Below are positions 11,598-23,600 of a stretch of 64,000 bases of DNA, piece by piece. The notes beneath the pieces are model-generated. The model was given only the letters and a program-made list of their open reading frames with translations, was not told where the DNA came from and did not search any database. The first letter of the stretch is position 1. Each line of letters opens with the position of its first letter. Source of the DNA: Dimorphilus gyrociliatus (lineage: Eukaryota > Animalia > Annelida); contig CAJFCJ010000001.1 in NCBI GenBank assembly GCA_904063045.1, positions 1,488,001 through 1,552,000 on the forward strand, given 5' to 3'. The position numbers were made by a program, and so were the translations under genes.

Positions 11598-11670
11598 GTC
11601 AGATTAATGTGTCTTTACAACGCAAAGAATGTAAAATGTTTCCGAATACTAGCTTCTTCTCTAACCGATC

Positions 11671-14600
11671 ATGAAGCGTTATATATTATATTTATCTGAT
11701 AATTGTGGCATAGATTCTGAGATTCCTAAAGGTAGGATAAACTAAATATTCTTAATTTATTTGAGCGATAAGGAATTATTTTCAGATTCGCGCAATCCTT
11801 TCATTTCGACGACTTACTTTCAATTGGCATCAGTCTGTTATAAGGGCTTATCAGCCTTATGGAGCAATATCAGAAGCATAGATATAGAAAAAAATGCTTG
11901 TAATCATGATAGGTAAAATGTTTTAACTGCAATAAGCTTTGAAACTAACAATTATACTTACTTTAGACTTTCTTGGGAAAATTATTGTTTGAAAGTTCAT
12001 ATTGTTTTAGACCAAGTGCCAATCAATAGAAGTAAGAATTATTATTATTTCTTTGTGAACAAGACAATAAACAGCACTTTTTTCAGCTTGTTTACTTTTA
12101 GTCTACATATCCAATGTAGAAATATTAAATGTTTTGTAAGTATATTTCAAAATACTTATCTATGTAAAAACATATAAATAATGAAAAAATTCTTTCTCCT
12201 TAAACGTTTTTAGAGAAGAAAATTGTTTTAAATTATTGTTTCATCGTCTAATTGATGTTTATGGTGCTGTTTTTTTTATTCCAAATGAAACAAAGCAATT
12301 TAACTGTCGTTGGACACCTTTTAATCGAATTTCATCTTTTAACGAAGTTTTAAAGACGGTTTGGTCTAACGATATCATTTTTACACAAAATGTGAGTATA
12401 ATTATTCTAAAAATTAAAGGAATTCTTAATAGAATTGAAGTTTAATATAGATCAAACTACATAATTTATTAATTGTTGACGACAAAACATTCCAAGAAGA
12501 GGTATCACTATCTTTATAAAAGTTAACGAAATAAGTTTCTAATACAAAAACTTTCATTTGTTTCAGATAAGTGATGATCTGATTTTTCACACAATAAAAT
12601 CAGTAGATTTTGTAGAGCAAATTCCTGAAAAGCTATCTTCGGCTTCCCTACGTATACTACAACCAAATAATAGGTAAATAATGTTAATTAAATAATCAAC
12701 TTGAGATAATATTATAAAATATATTAATATAATAAATGTTTTAAAGCGATACGGAATCTAAGCTAAGAAATTTATTTTTCGAAGAATTTAAAAGGTTATC
12801 AGAAAATGTTGGTTGAAGAGATAATATTTTTTCAACAAAAAAATGATCTCTATTATCTTTTTAATTAACAGCATGGATACATTGTTAAACTTAACTTTTG
12901 TCATGACCAAACATCGGGGAAACTTCAAACTTTTGAAGATTATTTGAAAAGATTTCGAAATAGAAAAGTTAAAGGTAAATAATATTAATAATGAATTGAT
13001 TTAGGATTGAATTTATTGAACATCAATTCACAGAAAAAGAAAATGAGCTGAAGGCAAATGGATATTTAAAATTCTTTTTACATAACAAAGGGAACGATAT
13101 CTACTTAACCTTTATCAATGACGAGTTATCGATAGATGAAGACAAAACAATCGGTAACAGCATTTAATATTTTTGTTCTATTGTTCTATATTGTAAATTA
13201 ACAACTGAAACGTTAATTGTATAGGAGATTCTAGCTTAAATGAAAAGGAAAATTCTATCGAATATACTTTCGAAAATCCCTTTTTAGCCGCACTTTCACC
13301 TCCAAGATCAAAGGGTAGGTGTCTTTTTCTTTTTTTTACGAAAAGAAAATTAGAATCCTTTGAAATATTTACCAATAAAATTTTATTCTATGTTTCTAGT
13401 TATTACGCTAACAGCTGCTGAAATGTTGCGGATTTATAACGAGAGGAAAGGAATACTTTTAGGTGGAGGAAGTCTAAAACCTAATAGAAGGTAGTTAAAA
13501 GATATATATTTTTTTATTTCAAGAATATATTGTATATTATGTTATACAGAATTCGACGTTTAAATAACGAATCTTCCAAAGATTGGCCATATCCAAAGGT
13601 TCTTAACGCAAGTTGGCATGGTATCTAGTAAGTTGAATAGCTGCAAAAATTTACATATATTAACTTATATAATTTTTTATCACTCGAGGAAATCTTTAGT
13701 GAATTCATTATCTAAATATTAAAAACATTTTCTATCTCAACCTGTCAGATATTTTCCAATTTTAACTATTTTATTAATGTTCTTTTTAAAATATATAATA
13801 TAGATGTCAGTACTAAAACAATTTTTTCGTTTATATTTATTACTTGATTAATCAAAATTTTACGCTTTAGCTATAATGTGGGTGAAGAAGCGGAAGATTA
13901 TGAAAGAGAGACTTATATTAAAGCAAGAAGTTTATTGGGATTGAAGGATGGCTTATCAACTTGCTGCACATCAAACACAACGGCTTTAACAATTACTTTG
14001 AGCCATCAGTAAGAAATAATAGATAAATCATTGATTTATTATAGTGTACTTAATTTTGTTTTCTATAAAACTTGATCAGAAAATTCGCAAAGTTTACAAG
14101 ATCACCGTCAGATGGTCATTTGAACAAGTTGAACAAACGTTCGTTATGTAAAGCCGTATCTTTTTGCGATAGCACGTTTAGTAGTAGGGAATTACAGAAT
14201 TTAGGTTTAAGTAGAAGATCTGATGAAGGAAAAGAAGGAAATAAGAAAGTTAGAAGGTGTTTACAGTTAAATAAAAAAAGAAGCGCAAACGAAGAGAGAA
14301 TAGAAAGGTTGCTTGGTTATATAAACAAAGATTTCAATTAGACTAATATTTATTATCATTCCTATTAGGAAACCGTCTAAAGTTGATTTATTAAGATCTC
14401 CATTAAAATCAAGCACAGTGAGAAGAATGACAAGAACAATTTCGCATTCTTTTAGCGAAAACTTACAAGATAATAGCAAGTTTGTTCAAAGAACTCCCGA
14501 AAAATGTTCTTTGATAGAAAATATGGAAAAAAACACGGCTGACAGAGCGAAACAAAATTTGGATAGAAATCTGTCCAATTCTCAAGGAACCGTTAGTGCT

Positions 14601-15526
14601 ATTTCTATTTTTATACAGTATTATGTTTTTCCTACAGAAAATGATTTTTTTCAAACTTTATCATTTTCCAGTTTTACCAGTTTTTATCAATTGAGATAAC
14701 GTTAAATAACATATATTCGTATTAATGAAGCTATAATCCTACAAAGAAATATTTTGATTTGTTTAATGACACCTCGCCTTCATATATCATTTTCACATCT
14801 TTGCCATCTTTTCGGTAGGCAAACGCAAACATCTACGATAAATAGAGATAAGCATTTATGCGAACACCTTACCAAGACACTTTTAAATATGCTTACACAC
14901 TGCTAAAAAACCAAAAACATGACGTCATATCTTTTTAAATTGACAGCCAAAAGTTGATTGGAGCCTACATAATAGCATATAAGAGAAATTATATTTTATT
15001 TTTAAAATATTTAGCGTTTGTATTCTACATTTTGACCTTGAAATTCTAAACCTTTAAGACTTATATAGTTCAAAGGTAAAGAGCTTAAGGAAACAATTAT
15101 CAGTACTACTTGAAAGAGAATATTGCATGTCTATGAAAAAGTTTAATATTTTGTTTTATTTTTGTGTCACAGTTGATAAGAAAGTTAGTAAGAGAAACTC
15201 TAAGGAAACGTGGAATGGACTTTAAAGCTGACCTACATAAAAGAGTTTATAAGCGTCTAGTAACTTGCTGTGGATCGTTGTTAAGCGTTTGTAGAAAATT
15301 CCTATTCTCTTTTTAATTTTGACTATATTAAATTAAAAATAGGGCGTTACGGATATGTCTTTCTCAAGAAAAATTACTGACGATGTTTTGGATAATTTAT
15401 TTGATACCGTAAGGCTTTTTTTGATAAGATGCTGAGTGAAAAAAATCTGTTATATTTTGCTTATCTTTTACATAATAGGTTGTTCGTATAGAAGAGAAAG
15501 TGAATTTACCAAGAATCATTAAGTAA
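11671..15526 (+). CDS. MTBP: MDM2-binding protein / Sld7-like replication initiation factor, divergent, many short exons
   Basis: MKRYILYL N-terminus; VITLTAAEMLRIY; DWPYPKVLNASWHGIYYN; C-terminal LIRKLVRETLRKRGM. These resemble the MTBP motifs as I recall them (MDRYLLL, ITLLDAKELLKYF, HYHGIEY, VVTETLKKHS). Internal exon boundaries are only partly resolved. Confidence 0.65.
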
Positions 15527-15616
15527 TGTGATATAGGAAGTTTGATACATCTGCATTTGTAATCTATTTTTAATATATAATATGTAAATTTATTTCAAGT
15601 ACCACTTTTTAATGAC

Positions 15617-15618
<2 letters not shown>

Positions 15619-15668
<50 letters not shown>
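15619..15668. repeat. (TA)25 microsatellite between two convergent 3' ends
   Basis: Read directly from the sequence. Confidence 0.95.
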
Positions 15669-15669
<1 letters not shown>

Positions 15670-15822
15670 TAATATAGATATATATATATACTTTATAATG
15701 TAGCATAAGGCAAAAATATAAATTAAATAATGTCAAAGTTTGTAATCACAAATAAAATAACAGTTTGTTTAATTAACTTTGTATTTTTCTGGAATCACTT
15801 GAAGTTTCAATCATCTTTGTTT

Positions 15823-16747
15823 TTAATCTTTCTTTTCCCCAATTTTCACTGGTACATTCCTTTCTTTTAGAGACTCTTTTGGATTGATTCTGTTGACTGA
15901 TAGGATATTTGATTTCTTCATGTTATCCTTTTAAAAATAAATCATTTGAGATTTCTATTAAACTGTTAGAAATAAAAATGTTGAAGACTCTTACTGGATT
16001 TTCGTTAAAACAACACCCTCCTAGGCAACAGAATGCTTCGTCGTCGCAGCAATAGCTTTTTGATAGGATTCCTCCACAGCATATTGGTGCTCTACCAGGA
16101 CAGCAGTTAGATCCGTCAGCGCAACAGACGACATAATCTTTTGGACAGCAACCACCACCTGATTCATCATCGCAACATTCGCCATCTTCGCAAGATCCAT
16201 TGGTAGAATTGCATGAAGTTTTCTAAAGTAAGAATAGAAGAAAAATAATAGCGAAAGGTTTATTTCTATAAGAAAAATACTTACTAATGATTGTTTCTGT
16301 ACTGTTTGAGAAGCTTTACGTTGTTCAGGCTTTGACTGTAGTTCATTGTTTTTATTAAAATTGAAGTTAAGAGTTATTAACGAAAAATTGTATGATAATT
16401 TATTGATAATTTTCTCTCTATATATTTTGCTTGACTTTAATTTTATTATTAAAGTCATTTTCATTTTCAGTATTTATTGCGATAAATTATAATATTTTAT
16501 CATTTTACACGATATACACCTCATTAATCATTTGAAAATTGATATTTTAACATCTGTCCTCCTCATACAATGCGATAATAATTGTTAAGCATTACGTAAT
16601 TTGTCAAATGATCATGTTAAATAGATAAACGATAAGAAAAGTCTACAGTAACTGCCAATTAAAACAGCATCAACCGTACAAACCTGTTGTATTAGGTCAC
16701 CGGTATCTTTACGTCCAATTGCTTAATACGGAGTGGTATAATAGGAG

Positions 16748-16780
<33 letters not shown>

Positions 16781-16992
16781 GATGAATAAATGTTATATCT
16801 CATAATATACAAATTACAAGATTCTTAATTTCATCGAATTATTTATTTATTTATTTAAAAGATAGAAAAAAAATAATATTTTGTTTTTATTAAAAAACAA
16901 AAAGAAAGATAAAACTTACTTAGACAATTGTTTAAAGTTGTTGCTGCACTTAGAAAAATGATTAATGCCAAAGAGACGCTTCGAACTTCCAT
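15823..16992 (-). CDS. Secreted cysteine-rich protein with an extended granulin-like CC-doublet module
   Basis: Exon 1 encodes signal peptide MEVRSVSLALIIFLSAATTLNNCL followed by a GTAAGT donor. Exon 16222-15995 encodes KTSCNSTNGSCEDGECCDDESGGGCCPKDYVVCCADGSNCCPGRAPICCGGILSKSYCCDDEAFCCLGGCCFNENP. The last exon ends ...VKIGEKKD*. The small linker exons are less certain. The ORF track shows the wrong frame here. Confidence 0.75.
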
Positions 16993-17694
16993 CTTTTTAG
17001 TAGTTTTGAATTGTTTCTCTTCTATTTTTTTGTTTATTAATAATTATTTAGTTAAAAGATTTTTAAAGATGGCGGAATCGAAAAAGGAAAAAACAAGAGA
17101 GAGAAGTTAACTTAGTAAATCTTTTACAATTATTGCAAATTTTAGCGGATATTAAATAAAGTTTGAGCGAATAGTACTACTACCTTTCTGTTACTGGTTA
17201 ACAATTTCGTATTATCAGATATATATATCATCTTATCTAACGTTTTTTTTCGAAATTTGATATACATATAATTAATAGTAATTTTATGCAAATTAGGTAA
17301 TGTTTTTATAGATTTTAGAATACGTCTTGCACTTTATATGTTCAATTGTTCTAGAATATTCCACTGAACTGGTTATACATATAGTGCATATTTATAAGTA
17401 TATTAAAGTAACTGTAGATGGCGTTACATCTTTATTTCGAATGTTCTATTAAGAGAATTGATTTGATTAAAGGGAAGAAATAATAAATCAAGTATTCTAT
17501 GACGATAGGAAAAATTCGGCTGTATTAAAGTTTTTTGGTTGTCTTTTTTATCTTTTAAATTTGTTTGTAAAGTTTATCATAGACTGTACTCATACAAAAA
17601 GAATGTTCGTTTTTAAAGAAAAGTCTTGACGAGGGCCGAACTAGCACCAATTAAAAACTACCGAATAAGGGTCGGGAGGGAACACAATTAGAAC

Positions 17695-20600
17695 CTAACA
17701 GTCAGTATCTTCTGCATAAACACCTTGTGGTGCTTTGGCTTTTAGAGTAACTCTTCTTTGTCTTTGCTCTTGTACGCTTGCGTAATCTGTGTAGGTAGGT
17801 GTTGTTCTTGGCTTCCAAACTGGTGAACCGAGAGTATCGGTAGTCTTTGGCGTTGCTTTCTTTACGGGTCTGTGACTGGAGTACATTAATCGGGCTGAGC
17901 TATCACTATCACTTGCGGCAGATCTTTCTTCCATATCCAACGATCTGGACATATCAAATCTAGCTACTGTCTTTCTCTTTGACGATAATGAGTCTGGACG
18001 TCTAGTTGAAGGTACTGACATCCTTTTGACGCTATCTCGTATAGTATTTCTAATAGTTTTGAGAAATTCGGCTTTCGCATTTAAAGAGCTTGCGAATTCG
18101 TATCGTTTTTCTGGTCGTCCTTCCTGTTCGGATCTGCAATGGACGGCCGTCCATAGACCGTGCCTTTCCGTATCACCCACTCCTGTTGCTCTCACTTGCA
18201 GTTCTTCGACTGGTATGGCTGTACGAAATTTAACAATCTCCATACCTTCGGTCCCCGGACCTGGTGGAGGTTGTTGTCTTGATTTTGGTGAACGCTTCCT
18301 CTGCGTCCTCTCTTGGCACAATAGAACGAGAGCTTGCTTAAAGACGAAAACGATATTTAAAAGATCAGTTCCTTTCTTCACTTTTCTAACGTCCTCCAAT
18401 GCGTTTAGCCAATTAACATTGCCGTACATATGCAAATCAGCAATATTCAAATCCAACTTATATTCCTTAACTAGGGAATCAAATACGCAACCATATTCTT
18501 CGTGAATTTTCTGCATTTCGTTTATATGTTCAGCTACTGCCTGCATGCACCTTAAAGCTTCGTCTAGATGTTGAAATTCTTCCGAATTCGGTCTTGTTAG
18601 CGCACGTAATTCGGATAACAAAAGAGGATATTTCAATATCCTTTGAATTGGCTTTATTAGGAATGATTCCAGTGTAGAGGAGTGCTGCTGTTTAGGATTA
18701 CGAGCACGAAGGAAATCGGCTAGGCGGGGATTCGAATCAGGCTGCAGGATCTTTTGAGCTTTTGAATGGCTAGCGCAGAAACTAGAGTAGAGCTTGAAAT
18801 GGTTGGCATGATATAAAAATGTTCCGGCTAAAGATAGCAAGAGTTTCTGTATAGATAAATAAAGAAGAATATTTTTTTAATCAACTGAAAAAAGGAGAAG
18901 CGAATCTCAAACAAAAAATAAATAGATAAACAAACAAATTAGTCAATAATGCATCCAAAATTCTTGTTTATACAATTAACGGTGAATAAACAATTGAAAC
19001 ATCATAAATCTCTCTTTTAAACGAAATAACGAAAACAAAAAAATAATAGAGGCTTTCTGTGATAATGAAAACAAAACAGGATGGAGTGGAATAGTGGAGT
19101 GGAGAGGAGGGGAAATAATTTAGATAGAGATAGAGAGAGAAAGAGAGAGAGAGAGAGATAGAATGAAAGAATGAGATTAAAGATAAAATAGATAATTAAA
19201 ACATTTATTGGTATACTAATATTAAACTTTTCTCCGAGAAATTGACTCACCTTCAATTGCTCTTCCTGTGATTTACGTGAAATGTTTTGGTGAAATGAAA
19301 CGGGTGAAAGGAAAAGGAAAAATTAGGAAAAATGTTAGGAAAAAGTGTGTAAATTTAATTGAAAAAAACACGATAAAATCGATAAAAATGGATGTTTTAA
19401 AGAAGTTTGGAAAATACAAAAAAAAGTGAAAAATAATTGAATAGAATAAAAAATATTCTTACCTTAAATTGGACGCCATCTTGAAAAATATCAAAATTTT
19501 GCTCTAATCTGACACCCTCTTCTAAAGCATTTAAGAAAATCTTTTGAAAAGATACAATCTCTCTAATATTACCAAATAACTGTTCAACATCTTCACTTGT
19601 TAAGAATGTCTCGTCCTTTAATGGTTCCAAGTATCTCTCAATCAGGCAATTCAAATCTCTGACGTACAATCTCTCAGTCGAAATTAACTCTTTAACAACT
19701 TTACGAAGTCGGTCCCCTTCCGTTAATTGTTTACCGTTCGAATCGTCGGATGGAACACCACCATCGATTTCGACTCTTTCGCCGTGTTTGGAATGCAACA
19801 GTCGACAGAAATGAGTTACTTGTTCGGCTCCTTGAAGAAGTGAATCAACAGACGCACCTTCAGGCGTTTTTTGCACATCTGAGCCCTTTTTTGATTCGGG
19901 GGCTGGTAAGATTAGCTCACCAAGCTCCCTTTCAGAAATGATAGATTGATAGGGTGGGGGAGGTATGACTATTTGTTCGATAAATGCTGCCGATTGTTGT
20001 TGTTGAGCGTTAATTGAAGCAGGAAGGTCAGTTCGGCAAGAACGGATAGTCAAGGAAATTTTACATTCTGCGTTGAGTATGTTCTCGACATAAACCATGT
20101 CGAGTTTAGCAATGATCCTACCATTTAAAACGAGAATTTCGTCACCAACCAACAGCCCTTTACGACCAGCTACACCTGTTCGGGAAATTTCAGAGATGAA
20201 TACGCGCAACTCGTCATCTGTCTCGTCGGCTAATTCTGCTTCAACATTCATTCCGAAGTCACCCTCCTTCTCAGTGTGGAAGAGGTCTATTTGAAAAATG
20301 AGCTTTTGGCAGACTTGCATAGATTCTATAGATTCTAGATCGAGAACGTTTTGCCTATCGAGCGTAACTTCGCTACCGGATATAGTTATAACTTTTACAA
20401 AGTGTTCTGTAGGATCTAGTTGTCTTCTTGAGCAGATAGCATCGAGTAACTCTCCTATGGTTGTTCGTTCACCCACTGTTGCTAGTATATATTGATCACC
20501 CGGAATTCCAACTCTAAGTTCGCTTTTCACCGAGATCTCACTATCTGGACTTTGGGTTTCTTCCTGCATCCTTCTAGACAGATCGACGACGTATTCCTCG

Positions 20601-23600
20601 TCATCCATTTGTCTAGGTGACCTTGGTCGGATTCGAGAGGTGACATCAGATTTAAAAGTCGATAGTAAACCCCCTTTCCTCTGCAAATTAAGTGTGGCAG
20701 CAGTGGCAGGTGCCCTAGCGCACACTAAAGCGTGCAATGTACTGACTGTACATATGCCTAATCGCAGAAGCGCTGTCTTTGTAGGTTTCGATACCGAAGA
20801 CAACAAGTTTTTAGGATTTGGGAGTTCATTTCCGTGAAGTGAAGCAATATAACATTTAAGCCTATATTGTTCCATATACAATTTCTCCAGATCTTCGTCC
20901 CACTGGGCAATTTGTCTTTCTATAGCAGATCTCGTTTTCGTATCAGCTACCGACTCCAATTTCATATCTGCCATTTTTTTCATTTTTATATCAATTTCAA
21001 TAGAACTTTCTAATTTTTGTATCTCGGATTTCAATAGTTTTAGAGTATTTTCTTTCCCATGCTGCCTTGCTAAACAGGAAGCACAGGCTGAGTGTAATGC
21101 ACATATCCAATTTTCTTGTTCTACTTGGGACGTGGCTTGAAAGAGATAAGCATCCCCAAATGCAGTAGTCAAAGCAATGATATTTTCCCTTTTCGGATGC
21201 TCTGGTACTGGTTGAGACATTCCACTTTCAATAATTATAACATATTTCGGGTTAGTTTCGTCAGGATCGTTCATGAATAGTAAGGCTGTTCCTTTAAGGC
21301 AAACCCAATACTTCTTCCAAACTCTTTTTCTTGCTAGTTCAACTCTCCTCTTTTTATGTATTAACCAATTTTTGGCGTGTAGCCAACCCGCTTTTCGGAC
21401 AGCGGCACTCTTTGAGCTCCACATGGCCGCTTGTTCTGCCGGAAGTGTATTTAAACTTCCACTATCTGATGTATTTGTAGCACTACCATCTTCAGATTCG
21501 GATAATTCGGTTGTATCGGAACCGCTACCGAAATGTTTTGAGCTAACTGATGACCTTTGCATCTGTCGACTGCTTCGTCTGGAATTTTCCCTGTAGGGAG
21601 AAAGTGATTTAGATAATAATAAACTTTCGAAAAAGACGATTATGCTTACTTGTGCTTTTCGGGGGCTTTGGGAGGTCTACCATCGCCGTTTTGATTTTCA
21701 TTATTTTCGTCCAAAGTCCTAAGCATTCTTTTCAACGTTGCAGAGTCGAAGCTATCTACTGGTGGTGACGTAAGATGGTCTTCAATAGGTTCTGGAGGTG
21801 GAGGCCATTCTATTTCAGATGAAGAAACACTTTTACTCTTCCTAACAGAGTTAGGAGCTGGTGCAGGTGGCGGTTCCGCTTCAACGTCCAATGCTGAAAA
21901 TTTTCGTTCGGCAGCAGTAGAGTATGGATCTTCCTCTTCTTCAGGTTCGGTTTCCGCAACTCTTTCCCTAGAGCCGTATATCCTTTCAGCTTCGATTGTA
22001 TCCCGATTCTGATAGGCGTCTACAGCTCCGGAAGCGGACGAAAATTGTTTTGGTAGAGTTTGTGCACCCGACGGATGAGGCGATCTTTTAATGGAAGTAG
22101 CGTTTTGATGATTGATTGGAACGTGCTTGTGTTGGACCCTATGCTCAATTTGATCGTAACAGCCGTTAGCGTGATTGGATGATAATTCTTCGGGTGTTGA
22201 TATTGCCCTTCGAGGTTTGGAAACTGGAGAGGCCGGTTCAGAATTGGATTTATTTACCGTATTGGATCCTCTAACCCTCTGTTTAATATCGTATGTCAAC
22301 AATTAACAATACTTAAACTCAAAGAGTCTTACTTTTGGTGGGCTAAGTCGTAATGAGCCAGACGATGAAGCCTTTCGAGAAAGACGATTAGTCGAACTCT
22401 GTAATATTGGTATATATTTCATTTATTAATCATTTAATTAGGTTATGTTAATTAAATATTGAAAATTGTTAAATGAATACAATATACGAAAGGCGTTTCT
22501 TTTTTTTTGTCTGGCATTTACTCTCCTTCCATATCTTGAATTGAGCCTACATAGTAATAGTAGGTCTTAAATAGGAATTGACCTACTTTTTAATCCATCC
22601 TATAAAGACTAATATTTCGGCGGCTCAATAATGGAATTATTGAGTTAAATTCGCCATTGGCAATAACCCATACAAATTTACTTGATAAACGACTAAAAAC
22701 CGGATTTAGCGTACTCCTTCCGTAAGAAAAAAATTATATTACACTAACCGATATAAATAGGCTTAAATCATACAAATTAAATCCAATGCAAAAAAGCGAC
22801 AGAGAAAAAGAGAGAGAGAGAGAGAGAAAAAAAAAAGGAAAAATATTAGGGATAGGTCAAAGAAAGATTATAAGGATATTGTTCCATCTTAATGCTAATC
22901 CTAGTAATTTTACATCAAATTTCATTGAAGAAGAGAGATTGAGAAAAAAGGCGTAAATAAATGGATTTCCTCTATAAATTTCCTTCTAAATTATCTTATA
23001 TTTGTCCCATCGCCTTTCAGTTTATTATAACTAATATAGAAATTAAAGATGAATTTATAACCTTATAAAGGAAATAAATAATCAATATATTTGACAGGAA
23101 TATCCCTATCGGATCGAGGAATAAGCTTAAAGGTAAATCACATTTTCTCCCTCCTGCTCCTAATGCAAACAGAGATGTTTTCATTTTCCGACACCGAATA
23201 CTAAAACATTTACATTTTACTCAATGCGGTTAATAGTATAAACAATAATAACAATAATAAGAATTATTAATATTAAGGGTGAAATAATTGAAGATTTAAA
23301 AGACATTATATTAGAAATAAATAGCGTTCAAGTGTCATTGTATTATATTACGTAAAGTACAAATTTACTATAGTTGAGTAGGTAAAATACTAAATCTACC
23401 GCCTTTATTTACATTATAAAGCAAGTATGTAAAAATACTGTAAATATTATAATAATAGATAAAGAAAAAAAAAATAATCATTACCGCAATCATTTCTGCC
23501 TAAGAGACGCCTATAAATATTTGGTTACCAGAGAAACGAGATAGACCAAGCTGTAGAAACCTTTTAAAAGATGATATATATTTTCCACTCTTTTCCTATG

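Noticed and set aside
16021-16464. 147-aa minus-strand ORF in the track
   Set aside because: It is a composite of intron, one real small exon and the wrong frame of the Cys-rich exon.
18026-21596. Plus-strand ORFs (159, 63, 65, 65, 65, 107 aa) overlapping TIAM
   Set aside because: Antisense shadows of a long coding exon with no recognisable motifs.
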